A stretch of 25,887 bases of DNA from an uncultured Francisella sp. GTDB taxonomy: Bacteria; Pseudomonadota; Gammaproteobacteria; Burkholderiales; Neisseriaceae. The stretch lies in assembly GCA_905373555.1 (NCBI GenBank), contig CAJPTP010000001.1, positions 1-25,887 on the forward strand, given 5' to 3'. How positions within the stretch are numbered: position 1 is the stretch's first letter; each line of letters starts with the position of its first letter. A program made the translations under genes and the position numbers. The notes under the pieces were generated by a model. The model saw only the letters and a list, made by a program, of their open reading frames with translations. It did not search any database and was not told where the DNA came from. Of this stretch, positions 8,850 through 16,890 are shown in pieces.

Positions 8850-9515
8850 ATGGACTACGAAAAGGCTCGTTACAACATGGTCGAATGTCAGATTCGCCCA
8901 TGGGACGTCTTGGATTTCAAGCTTCTTGACGCGATCGAGGAGATACCGCGGGAAATCTTCGTGCAAGACAAACACAAGGAATTGGCCTACGCCGAGGTGA
9001 GCCTGCCCGTGGGCAACGGCTCCTACCTTCTGGAGCCCAAGGTCGCGGCGCGCATGATCCAAGCTTTGCAGCTCAAGCCCGAGGACGTCGCGATGGAGAT
9101 CGGCACGCGCACGGGCTACGGCACCGCGATTTTGTGCAAGATGTGCGGCAAAGTCGACAGCTACGACATCGACGCCGCCGTCCAGGAAACCGCCCGAAAA
9201 AACCTCGAATCGATCGGGATCAAGAACTTCAACCTGATCAACGCCGACGGCTTCGAGGAAAGAAACCTCGGGCAAAAGATCTACGACGCCATTTACGTGG
9301 GCGGCGCCATGCGCATCGTCCCCGAAGCGCTGTTTCGCCACCTCAACGGCAACGGCGGGCGCTTGATCGTCATCGAAGGCGAGACGCCCGTGATGAGCGG
9401 CAAGCTTTACGTCAAAAACGGAGACGATCTTTCGGCCCGAACCCTGTTCGAGACGAAGGCGAACTACTTGGTCGACGCCGCCGACAGCATCAAAAAAGAG
9501 CTGTTCAGCTTCTAA
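8850..9515 (+). CDS. pcm: Protein-L-isoaspartate O-methyltransferase family protein
   Basis: MDYEKARYNMVECQIRPWDVLD, IPREIFV, AYAE, EIGTxTGY, YDAIYVGG, GGRL and RTLFET are characteristic of the proteobacterial Pcm paralogue. Confidence 0.9.
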   Translation: MDYEKARYNMVECQIRPWDVLDFKLLDAIEEIPREIFVQDKHKELAYAEVSLPVGNGSYLLEPKVAARMIQALQLKPEDVAMEIGTRTGYGTAILCKMCGKVDSYDIDAAVQETARKNLESIGIKNFNLINADGFEERNLGQKIYDAIYVGGAMRIVPEALFRHLNGNGGRLIVIEGETPVMSGKLYVKNGDDLSARTLFETKANYLVDAADSIKKELFSF

Positions 9516-9589
9516 GGCGCGGGGGCGCAAGGCGCCCGGAGCCGGGAGATCGAATGCCTTGGCGCCGTTTCCAAACGCGATTCGGCAAT

Positions 9590-9623
9590 CGGCATGGGCG
9601 CGCGCCCCATGCCGTTTTTTTTT
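9590..9623 (+). terminator. Rho-independent terminator after pcm
   Basis: CGGCATGGG...CCCATGCCG stem followed by T9. Confidence 0.85.
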
Positions 9624-9770
9624 GCCCGCCTCCAAGCCAACGGGCGGCCCGGGCGCTTGACGCCGCCAAGCGCCCGGGCTTGTAAAATGGCGCGCTTGGG
9701 GCCGCCGGGCGACAGCCCGGAGGCGAGGATCGGCCGATTCGTCGGAACCGGCAAACGCGGGGAAAAACAG

Positions 9771-10811
9771 GTGCTTCGAGCAATCGATTTGTTCGCGGGA
9801 ATCGGCGGCATTCGCAGAGGCTTCGACAACGCTTTCGCCAAAAGCGGCGACAAAATCGAGACCGTTTTTGTCAGCGAATGGGACAAGTTTGCGCAAAGAA
9901 CGTACCGGCTCAATTACGGCGACGGCTTCGACATCGCGGGCGACATCACCCAAATCGACGCCCGCGCCGTCCCCGCGTTCGACATTTGCCTCGCGGGCTT
10001 TCCCTGCCAAGCTTTTTCGATGGCGGGCGGCCGCAAGGGCTTCGACGACAACTTCAAAGGGATGACGCGCGGCACCCTGTTTCGCGACGTCGTGCGCATC
10101 TGCGATCTGCGCCGGCCGCGGGCGATCTTTTGCGAAAACGTCAAAGGGCTCATGCACCACGACGGCGGGCGCACCTACAAGGTCATCAAGGGCGCGTTCG
10201 AGGAAATCGGCTACCGGGTCTTTGAGCGGGTGCTCAACAGCAAGGATTTCGGCGTTCCCCAAAACAGGGAGCGCATTTACATCGTCGCGTTTCGGCATGA
10301 CCCCGCCAACGGCCTGGCCGCGCCCGACTCGTTTCGCTTTCCGCAAGGCGGCGCGCGCGGCGCCAAGCTTCAAGACGTCTTGGATCCGGCCCCCGTCGAT
10401 GCGCGCTATTACCTAAGCGACGTCTACGTCGAGACGCTGCGCCGGCACAAAGCCCGGCATGCGGCCAAGGGGCATGGCTTTGGCTACGAGATCAGGGATC
10501 TGGGCGGCGTCGCGGGCGCCATCGTGTGCGGCGGGATGGGGCGCGAGCGCAATTTGATCGTCGACAACCGCCCCCACAGCCTGGTTCCCACCACGCGCAT
10601 CAAAGGCCGCGTCAACCGGGAGGGCATCCGCAAGCTGACCCCGCGGGAGTGGGCGCGGCTCCAAGGCTTCCCGGAAAGCTTCAAATTCGACCTGGCCGAC
10701 GGCCACATGTACAAGCAGTTCGGCAACAGCGTGACGGTGAATGTGATCGAGGCCATCGCCGAGGAAATCCGAGCCGTCTTGGTCGGATCGGCCGCAGGGA
10801 AGGCGGCTTAG
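9771..10811 (+). CDS. DNA (cytosine-5)-methyltransferase, M.HpaII-like (predicted CCGG)
   Basis: Motifs DLFAGIGG, AGFPCQAFS, ENVKG, PQNRERIY and YKQFGNSV. The target-recognition region KGHGFGYEI...GGMGRERNL...PTTRIKGRVNREGIRKLTPREWARLQGFP closely matches my recollection of M.HpaII. Likely GTG start at 9771; TAAAAT at 9683-9688. Confidence 0.93.
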   Translation: MLRAIDLFAGIGGIRRGFDNAFAKSGDKIETVFVSEWDKFAQRTYRLNYGDGFDIAGDITQIDARAVPAFDICLAGFPCQAFSMAGGRKGFDDNFKGMTRGTLFRDVVRICDLRRPRAIFCENVKGLMHHDGGRTYKVIKGAFEEIGYRVFERVLNSKDFGVPQNRERIYIVAFRHDPANGLAAPDSFRFPQGGARGAKLQDVLDPAPVDARYYLSDVYVETLRRHKARHAAKGHGFGYEIRDLGGVAGAIVCGGMGRERNLIVDNRPHSLVPTTRIKGRVNREGIRKLTPREWARLQGFPESFKFDLADGHMYKQFGNSVTVNVIEAIAEEIRAVLVGSAAGKAA

Positions 10812-10845
10812 GCCAAGGCGCGGTCCCCGCCCCGAACAAAACAAG

Positions 10846-10901
10846 CCAACAGACGAATAAACCAACAGACGAATAAACGCGCAAACAAACGGACGAACAA
10901 G
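10846..10901. repeat. 16-bp tandem repeat inside an A/C-rich tract
   Basis: CCAACAGACGAATAAA at 10846-10861 and 10862-10877, with a degenerate copy CAAACGGACGAACAAG at 10886-10901. Confidence 0.85.
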
Positions 10902-10946
10902 CAAAAAAACAAACAACCATCCCCAAGCAACCGATGAAAGCCAACG

Positions 10947-11555
10947 CTAAGGGCGATCCGCGGGCCGTGCCGCCGCCCCGGGCTTGGGGCGCGGGGCGGG
11001 ATTGGGCCGAGTCTTGGTCGCCGAGGCGGCGGGCAAGGCCCGGGCGGCGCCGGATGGGGCGTCCGGTTTTTTCTTGCCCAAGCCCGGATCCGAATCGCGG
11101 CTAACGGACGACGCAGCGTCGGGGTTGTCGCGCGCCCATTGGTCGATCTTCCCGTGGCACTCCTTCATCCTTTGCGCGTGGCGCTCGCCCACCTTGCGCG
11201 CCGCCTCGGACTGCCTGCGCGCCTCCTTTTCGCCCCGATCCGCCGCCCCGCCGTCGCCGACGGCGTCCATCAAGACCAAAACGGCTTGCGTGTATTCATC
11301 GCCCAACGGCTTGGAAAGCTCCGAGTAAACGCAGTCGCAGTATGCGTTGACGACCGCGTAAGGGAATCGGTCGCGGCCCATCGAGCGCATGGCGTAACGG
11401 CACTCGTCGATGTAATACTCCTTGGCCGACTCCAAACGCTGCATGTCGTAAGGGGTGTGCAGCACCCCGCCCCAAGCGGGGATGGATTCCGCCAAGGCCA
11501 GGCCCAACAGCGCGAGCCTCTTCGAAAGGGATCGCGGCCCAAACTGCGCTTTCAT
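10947..11555 (-). CDS. Hypothetical exported protein with C...CDC...C pattern
   Basis: GGAGG RBS before ATG 11555; signal-peptide-like MKAQFGPRSLSKRLALLGLALAESIPAWG; four Cys in the mature part; Pro/Ala/Arg tail. Confidence 0.7.
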   Translation of the reverse strand: MKAQFGPRSLSKRLALLGLALAESIPAWGGVLHTPYDMQRLESAKEYYIDECRYAMRSMGRDRFPYAVVNAYCDCVYSELSKPLGDEYTQAVLVLMDAVGDGGAADRGEKEARRQSEAARKVGERHAQRMKECHGKIDQWARDNPDAASSVSRDSDPGLGKKKPDAPSGAARALPAASATKTRPNPAPRPKPGAAARPADRP

Positions 11556-11722
11556 CGGCGTCGCCTCCAACAGGGCGAGGCGGCGCCTCGGCCCGCCGCC
11601 CGCGCGAGCCGATCGGGCGCCGACGGAAATCATCCCGCGGCGCGCCCAATCGACCCCAAAAGAGCCGCAAGAATCCGGCGCGGCAAAGGGGCCGGCTCGT
11701 TCCCCCGCGCCGGTTCGCGCCG

Positions 11723-12889
11723 CTACGGCGCGGGGCCCAAAACCAACCGGGCGTCCGGCGCCCCGGGCCCCACCTCCACCACAGCCGCCTCTTGCCATTG
11801 CCCGCCGCTTGCGCCGTAGCTCAAAGCCACGTAGCGCCCGGAGGGCAGCTGCCCCATCGTCGCCGAGGCACCGGGCGGCATGTAAAACACCCGGGCCGCC
11901 TGGGCGGTTTTGTCGACGGCTTGCGCCAACTCAGGCGCAGGCTCCTCGGCCGAGAAGCCGTCGACGAAAGGCCCGGATGGCTCGCCGGCGCCCGGCGGCG
12001 CCGCGCCGTTTGCCCCGAGCGCCGTCTCGCCCGAAGCCCAATTCGCCCCGGGCGAATCCGGCCCGGATCCGGCCGATCCCCCCGCGATCCGCTCGGGCGC
12101 GACGAGCGAGGGGTCGAGGGCGGGAGAGGGGGCGGCGCGCAAGGCTTGCGGGTCGCTTCGGCGCAGGATCACGAACATCGGCTCGCCCGATTCGTTGTCC
12201 GCGCGCAGCGCCCATCCGCCTTGCTCGCGCACCTGCGGAAAGGGCAGCGCGTAGGCCGCGCCGCCTTTGTAGCCCGGGTTCAAGCCCCGCACGGCGGCGT
12301 CGCTCATCCCGGGCGACGCCGCCAAAGGCGCTTGGGCGTCCAAATCGACCGGCGCGGCGGCGGGCGCAGGCTCCTCCTCGCCGCCCAAGGACAAAAGATA
12401 GATGATCAGCGTCGAGGCGACGGCCGCGAAGGCGACGGCGCCCAGCAGCGCCGCCGCGATTTTTTTGGCGCTTGGGCCCGATTTTTTGGGCTCCTCGCCC
12501 CACAGCGCCGCGAACTCGTCATCCCAGAAAGTCGGCTGCGGCGCGGCGCCGAAGGCGGACGGCGGCGCGGCGCCGAAGGCGGACGGCGGCGGGGCGCCGA
12601 AGCCCGGCGCCCCCGGGCCCGGGCCCGGGAATTGCCGCGCGCGCCCCCGGATCTCGCGCATCCGCTCTTGATCGCCAATCCACCTGTCGTGCTCCGCCCT
12701 TTTCGCGGGATCGGACAAGACCTCATAGGCCTTGTTGATGATCGACATGATCCGGGCCGCGTCAGGGCTGTCGTTGAGGTCGGGATGGTATTTTTTGGAC
12801 AGGCGCCGGTATTGGGCGCGAATCTCCTCGGCCGAGGCGTCGCGCGGCACCTTCAAATTGTCGTAGTGCGTCCTGATCTTGTTGTGCAC
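11723..12889 (-). CDS. Membrane-anchored J-domain (DnaJ-like) protein
   Basis: THYDNLKV...YRRLSKKYHPDLN...INKAYEVLSDPAKRAEHD J-domain with HPD; G/F/P-rich linker; TM segment IAAALLGAVAFAAVASTLIIYLL. Probable GTG start at 12889. Confidence 0.85.
   Translation of the reverse strand: MHNKIRTHYDNLKVPRDASAEEIRAQYRRLSKKYHPDLNDSPDAARIMSIINKAYEVLSDPAKRAEHDRWIGDQERMREIRGRARQFPGPGPGAPGFGAPPPSAFGAAPPSAFGAAPQPTFWDDEFAALWGEEPKKSGPSAKKIAAALLGAVAFAAVASTLIIYLLSLGGEEEPAPAAAPVDLDAQAPLAASPGMSDAAVRGLNPGYKGGAAYALPFPQVREQGGWALRADNESGEPMFVILRRSDPQALRAAPSPALDPSLVAPERIAGGSAGSGPDSPGANWASGETALGANGAAPPGAGEPSGPFVDGFSAEEPAPELAQAVDKTAQAARVFYMPPGASATMGQLPSGRYVALSYGASGGQWQEAAVVEVGPGAPDARLVLGPAP
12538..12602. repeat. In-frame 24-bp tandem repeat (about 2.7 copies) encoding (FGAAPPSA)n
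   Basis: GCGGCGCGGCGCCGAAGGCGGACG repeated within the J-domain gene. Confidence 0.85.
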
Positions 12890-13144
12890 CTTGACCCCGA
12901 TTTCTGCCGCGCCGAAGCTCGCGCCGCGACCAACGCCCCCAAAAGAAGAAAAAGACGGCAAGCCCGAAGACCGCGGCGACGGGAGACAACAAACAAAAAA
13001 CAATTCAAAACATCGAACCAACGACAAATCAAAGCAAAGCTCAGCGGGCCAAGGCAAGACGCGGGCTTGAGGCCGCGCCTTGCCTGCCTCAAGCCCGCCG
13101 CTTCGCCCGCGTCGGGGCCGGGGGCCGATCGACTGTTTGAATCA

Positions 13145-13153
13145 TGCTATGAT
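13145..13153 (+). promoter_or_regulatory. Extended -10 promoter element for the nlpD-like gene
   Basis: TGCTATGAT (TGn-TATGAT). The identical 9-mer lies upstream of hpt. Confidence 0.55.
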
Positions 13154-13221
13154 TTCCTTTCGCGCGGCGATGCGACGCTTCGCCGCGGCCCATGACGGCC
13201 CCTTGGGGGAATCGGCAAAAG

Positions 13222-14148
13222 ATGAGAGCCTTCGCCTTGCGCAGCCGCGCGGCCGCTCTGACCGCGGCGGCTTTCCTGTTCAGCCTGCTTGCTTCCTGCT
13301 CGCTGTTTCAAAAAACCCCGGCGCCCATCGTTTCGGGCAACGGCGGCAACTTAGGTTACGAAGATTACGGCTACGGCGGTTACGGCCCCAACCCGGGCCC
13401 GGGCGCCAATTCCTACGGGCCCGCGCCATCCGACCCCTACGGCTACGCCTCGGGGGCGGGCTCGGCGGCCTTCTCCCCCGACCCCGGGCCCGCTTGGGGG
13501 GCCAACGGCGGCGCCAACGCCCCCGTGATGACGGCCGCCGCCGAAAACGGCTATTATACGGTTCAACGCGGCGACAACCTCTACCGCATCTCGCTGCGCT
13601 TCGGCGTCAGCCGCAGGCAGCTGGTCGAATGGAATCAGCTGGCCAACGAGGACACCATCGCCGCAGGCCAAAGGCTGCGCGTCGAGCCGCCTCAGGGCGC
13701 GAGCCGCCCAAGCGCCAACCGCCCCAAGGAAACGACGGTCGCCCAAAGCGCGCCTGAGCCGGAGGAAAAGAAACCGGCGCCGGCCGCCCGCCCACCCGGC
13801 TCGCTGTCTTTGGCATGGCCCATCAGCGGCAAAATCACCCGCCGCTACTCCAACGAATCCCCCAACATCGAGATCACCCCCGCCTCGACGGCGACGGTGC
13901 GCGCCGCCGAGGCGGGCGTGGTGAGCTACATCGACAAAATCCAAACCTTCGGCATGACCATCATCGTCGACCACGGCGACGGGCTTTTGACCAGCTACTC
14001 CAACGTCGAGGGCATCCGCGTCAAAAACAACCAGCGCGTCTCCAAAGGCCAAGCGCTCGCCTCCGTCTCGCCGTCCAAGCCCCTGACCTTCACCGTCGCC
14101 AAAGACAGCGTCATCGTCGATCCGCAAAAGCGGCTGCCCAAGCGCTGA
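13222..14148 (+). CDS. LysM + degenerate M23 lipoprotein (NlpD-like amidase activator)
   Basis: Lipobox LLASC; LysM domain YTVQRGDNLYRIS...WNQL...IAAGQRLRV; M23-like WPISG...VRAAEAGVVSY...IIVDH...VDPQKRLP. The alternative start is 13192. Confidence 0.88.
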   Translation: MRAFALRSRAAALTAAAFLFSLLASCSLFQKTPAPIVSGNGGNLGYEDYGYGGYGPNPGPGANSYGPAPSDPYGYASGAGSAAFSPDPGPAWGANGGANAPVMTAAAENGYYTVQRGDNLYRISLRFGVSRRQLVEWNQLANEDTIAAGQRLRVEPPQGASRPSANRPKETTVAQSAPEPEEKKPAPAARPPGSLSLAWPISGKITRRYSNESPNIEITPASTATVRAAEAGVVSYIDKIQTFGMTIIVDHGDGLLTSYSNVEGIRVKNNQRVSKGQALASVSPSKPLTFTVAKDSVIVDPQKRLPKR

Positions 14149-14216
14149 TCGGCCGTTCGCCGGCGCGGGGCCGCGAGACGCAGGCGCTCCCCCGAGCCAA
14201 GAGGCGGTTTGCCCGC

Positions 14217-14882
14217 CTAAGCCTGCGGCAGCTTGCCGCAGGCGATCAGCATGCGGCGAAACGCTTGGACGGCGCCTTCGGGATCGTCGCTCAAAGTCAC
14301 GGCGCGCACCACCGCGATCGAATCCACGCCGCAGGCCAAAACGCTTTCCGCATTGCCCAAGTCGATTCCGCCGATCGCGACGATCGGCGCGGAGCTTTCG
14401 GATCGGATGCGCCGAACGTAGGCCTTGAGCTTGCCCAAACCCTGCGGCTTGGTGGGCATGACCTTGGTGGCAGTGGGGAAAATCGCCCCGATGGCCATAT
14501 AGCTGGGGCGCAGCGCCAAAGCCCGGTCGATTTCGCCGTCGGCGTGGGTGCTCACGCCCAAACGCAGCCCCGCCTCTTTGATCGCCTCGACGTCCGCCGA
14601 ATCCAAATCCTCTTGGCCCAAGTGGACGCCGAAAGCCCCCTCCTCGATCGCCAAGCGCCAATGATCGTCGATCATCAGCATCGCGCCCGTGCCCTCAACG
14701 GCGCGCAGGGCGGCTCGGATTTCCGACCGCAGCGCCTCGCCGGCAAGATCCTTGCGGCGCAGCTGCACCGTGTCGGCCCCCGCGCGCGCCGCGCGCGCCA
14801 CCCACGACGCGTCGGGCGCGACGACGTAAAAGCCCATCGGCCGGGGCATCGGCGCAAAACCGCCATAAGCGTCGTCAATCAT
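14217..14882 (-). CDS. thiE: Thiamine-phosphate synthase
   Basis: VQLRRK, GVHLGQED, GVSTH, IFPTATK and VAIGGI motifs; AAAGGAG RBS before ATG 14882. Confidence 0.93.
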   Translation of the reverse strand: MIDDAYGGFAPMPRPMGFYVVAPDASWVARAARAGADTVQLRRKDLAGEALRSEIRAALRAVEGTGAMLMIDDHWRLAIEEGAFGVHLGQEDLDSADVEAIKEAGLRLGVSTHADGEIDRALALRPSYMAIGAIFPTATKVMPTKPQGLGKLKAYVRRIRSESSAPIVAIGGIDLGNAESVLACGVDSIAVVRAVTLSDDPEGAVQAFRRMLIACGKLPQA

Positions 14883-15029
14883 TGCCGTCTCCTTTCGTCT
14901 TGGCCCGCAAAGCCGCGCGGTTTTCGGCCCTTTCGATCGTTTTGCGCGCGCATTGCGCCGCGCGCCGCCTCTGCCCGGCCGCAGGCGCCGCGCAAGCCCG
15001 GCGGGCGGCGGCGCGCGGGGCAAAGGGCG

Positions 15030-15058
15030 ATTATAATTGCGCCTTTGCGCGCGCCCAA
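15030..15058 (-). promoter_or_regulatory. Probable sigma70 promoter of thiE
   Basis: Minus strand TTGGGC-17 bp-TATAAT. Confidence 0.5.
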
Positions 15059-15104
15059 AGCGGCGCGCTTTTGCGTCGCTTTGGGCGCCAAGCGCCCCCG
15101 GCGT

Positions 15105-15132
15105 TTGCGCTTGATTTCAAACGCGCTACAAT
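15105..15132 (+). promoter_or_regulatory. Probable sigma70 promoter of rpsT
   Basis: TTGCGC-16 bp-TACAAT. Confidence 0.55.
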
Positions 15133-15222
15133 TCGAGGCTATTTTTCCGCAGGCGAGACTCTCGCCCCAGGCGCCGCCAAGCGCCGCGAAACACGATATT
15201 CAAGTTTTGGAGATTTCCCAGC

Positions 15223-15510
15223 ATGGCTAACTCAGCGCAGGCTCGCAAACGCGCGCGCCAGTCCATCAAGCGCAACTTGCGCAACACGCAGCAACGCACC
15301 CAATACAGAACCGCCGTCAAGAAGATCATCAAGGCCATTGAGGCCGGCGACAAAGCCGCCGCGCAGGCCCAGTTCGTCGAGTCGGTCAAGATCATCGACC
15401 GCATCGCCGACAAAGGCATCTTCCACAAGAACAAAGCGGCCCGCCAAAAGAGCCGCCTGTCCGCCCGCATCAAAGCCATGGGCGGGAACGACGCCAAGCA
15501 AGGCGCCTGA
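15223..15510 (+). CDS. rpsT: 30S ribosomal protein S20
   Basis: [14 protein letters not shown]...RTAVKK...[18 protein letters not shown]. Confidence 0.98.
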   Translation: MANSAQARKRARQSIKRNLRNTQQRTQYRTAVKKIIKAIEAGDKAAAQAQFVESVKIIDRIADKGIFHKNKAARQKSRLSARIKAMGGNDAKQGA

Positions 15511-15617
15511 CCCCCGCTCGGGGCGACCCGAAATGAGGGCGCAAGCGGCGAAATCTCCCGCATCGACTCGCAAGGGCAATGGACGGGAATCGGCGCGCCC
15601 CAAATTGCCTTCGCGCG

Positions 15618-15655
15618 ACGGCCGTTCGGATCGAATCCGAACGGCCGTTTGCTTT
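15618..15655 (+). terminator. 13-bp hairpin, probable rpsT terminator
   Basis: ACGGCCGTTCGGA-TCGAA-TCCGAACGGCCGT followed by TTGCTTT. Confidence 0.65.
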
Positions 15656-15676
15656 GCGCGGGCAAAAAAATAGAAT
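15649..15676 (+). promoter_or_regulatory. Probable sigma70 promoter of the DUF502 gene
   Basis: TTGCTT-16 bp-TAGAAT; the -35 overlaps the tail of the upstream terminator. Confidence 0.5.
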
Positions 15677-15770
15677 AAGGGGCTTTCGGCCGGCTTGCAA
15701 CGGCGGCCGGCCAAACGTCGACCCCAAGCGCGGGCGCCGGTTTGCCCGCCAAGGCGATTGCGAGGATCCC

Positions 15771-16649
15771 ATGCCCAACGACAAAATGCTGGAGTACATC
15801 TACTACGGCGTCGAAACCCTTTTGGTCTTGGTCGCGATTTATTTCGCCTTCGCCCTCATCGGCCGCCTCTTTTCCTCCCAGCACGACCGCCTCGTCACGC
15901 GCTTCGGACTCAAGCGCAACATCGTCGCGGGCTTGCTCGTGTGGCTGCCCATCATCGTGACGATGTGGCTGATCGCTTTGATCGTCGATTACTCCGACAA
16001 GCTGATCAAGCTGCTGCCGCTTCGGCTGCAGCCCGACCAATTTTTGGGCTACGAGGTGCCGGGCTACGGGATCCTCATCGCCATCGCCATCTTGTTTCTC
16101 TCGGGCCTGTTCGCGACCAATGTGCTCGGCGGCAAGATCATCGGCCTGTGGGACAGGATGCTGGGCCATATCCCCGTGGTGAAGTCGGTTTACGGCGGCG
16201 TCAAGAAAATCTCCGAATCCCTGCTTTCCGATTCCCGGCAATCCTTCAAGACCCCGATCTTGGTGCAGTTTCCGCACCCGGGCTGCTGGACGGTCGCCTT
16301 CGTCACGGGCGACGTCCTGTCCGACGCGATCCCGGGCGAAAAACCCGAGGATCGGATCGCCGTGTACGTGCCCACGACCCCCAACCCCACCAGCGGCTAC
16401 TACATCATGGCGCGCGTCGAAGACACGCTGCCTTTGCCCATCAGCGTCGACGACGCCTTGAAGTACGTGATTTCCTTGGGCATGGTGGCGCCGGGCGCCG
16501 ATGACGCCGGCGCGGAGGCGTCCGGCGCGAAAGCGGAAAAAGCCGGAAAAGCCGAGAAAGCTGAGAAAACCGGCAAGACAGAAGCGGCGATGAAAACGGG
16601 GGAGCCCCGGGGCGACGGCGCGGACCGATCCGTCCAAGACAAGAGCTGA
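15771..16649 (+). CDS. DUF502 domain membrane protein
   Basis: GLLVWLPI, IPVVKSVYGGVKKISE, VLVQFP-like segment, VYVPTTPNPTSGY and ALKYVISLG. Sits upstream of aspS as in many betaproteobacteria. GAGG RBS before ATG 15771. Confidence 0.93.
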   Translation: MPNDKMLEYIYYGVETLLVLVAIYFAFALIGRLFSSQHDRLVTRFGLKRNIVAGLLVWLPIIVTMWLIALIVDYSDKLIKLLPLRLQPDQFLGYEVPGYGILIAIAILFLSGLFATNVLGGKIIGLWDRMLGHIPVVKSVYGGVKKISESLLSDSRQSFKTPILVQFPHPGCWTVAFVTGDVLSDAIPGEKPEDRIAVYVPTTPNPTSGYYIMARVEDTLPLPISVDDALKYVISLGMVAPGADDAGAEASGAKAEKAGKAEKAEKTGKTEAAMKTGEPRGDGADRSVQDKS

Positions 16650-16890
16650 AACGGCGGCCCCAACCGAGCAGGCGAGCCTTCGGATCCGCCGCAAGCCGCC
16701 TCGCGCCCGCGGCTTGCCTTGGGGCGGCGGATCGGGCGGGCTTTGCCTTTCGCCTTGCATTCAATTGTATTAAAATGGCCGATTCGCGGCGCGACAGGCG
16801 CCGCTTTGACCGGGCGCGCGGCGGGCCGACCCCGCCGCCGAATTCGCTCGCCCCGACGCAGATCGGCGGGGCGCTCAAAGGCTTTTGCAC

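Noticed and set aside
9594..9770. Upstream extensions of ORF-track calls (MTase, DUF3683, thiE, DUF502, hpt, EIIA, J-domain protein)
   Set aside because: The extensions run through terminators or promoter-like elements and precede the conserved N-termini; starts were moved downstream.
10846..10901. Possible mini-CRISPR array
   Set aside because: Units are 16 bp, directly abutting, non-palindromic, without unique spacers, and there are no cas genes.
9516..13140. MTase region as a mobile or defence island
   Set aside because: No integrase, transposase, tRNA target or flanking direct repeats seen, and composition resembles the rest of the window.
14660..14680. ThiE has IDD instead of the usual IND motif
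   Set aside because: IDD occurs in other ThiE proteins and the remaining motifs are intact.
16683..16733. GATCCGCCGC...GCGGCGGATC hairpin after DUF502 as a member of a repeat family with the 999-1022 palindrome
   Set aside because: Only a short shared core and no T-tail; there is too little similarity to call a family from two copies.
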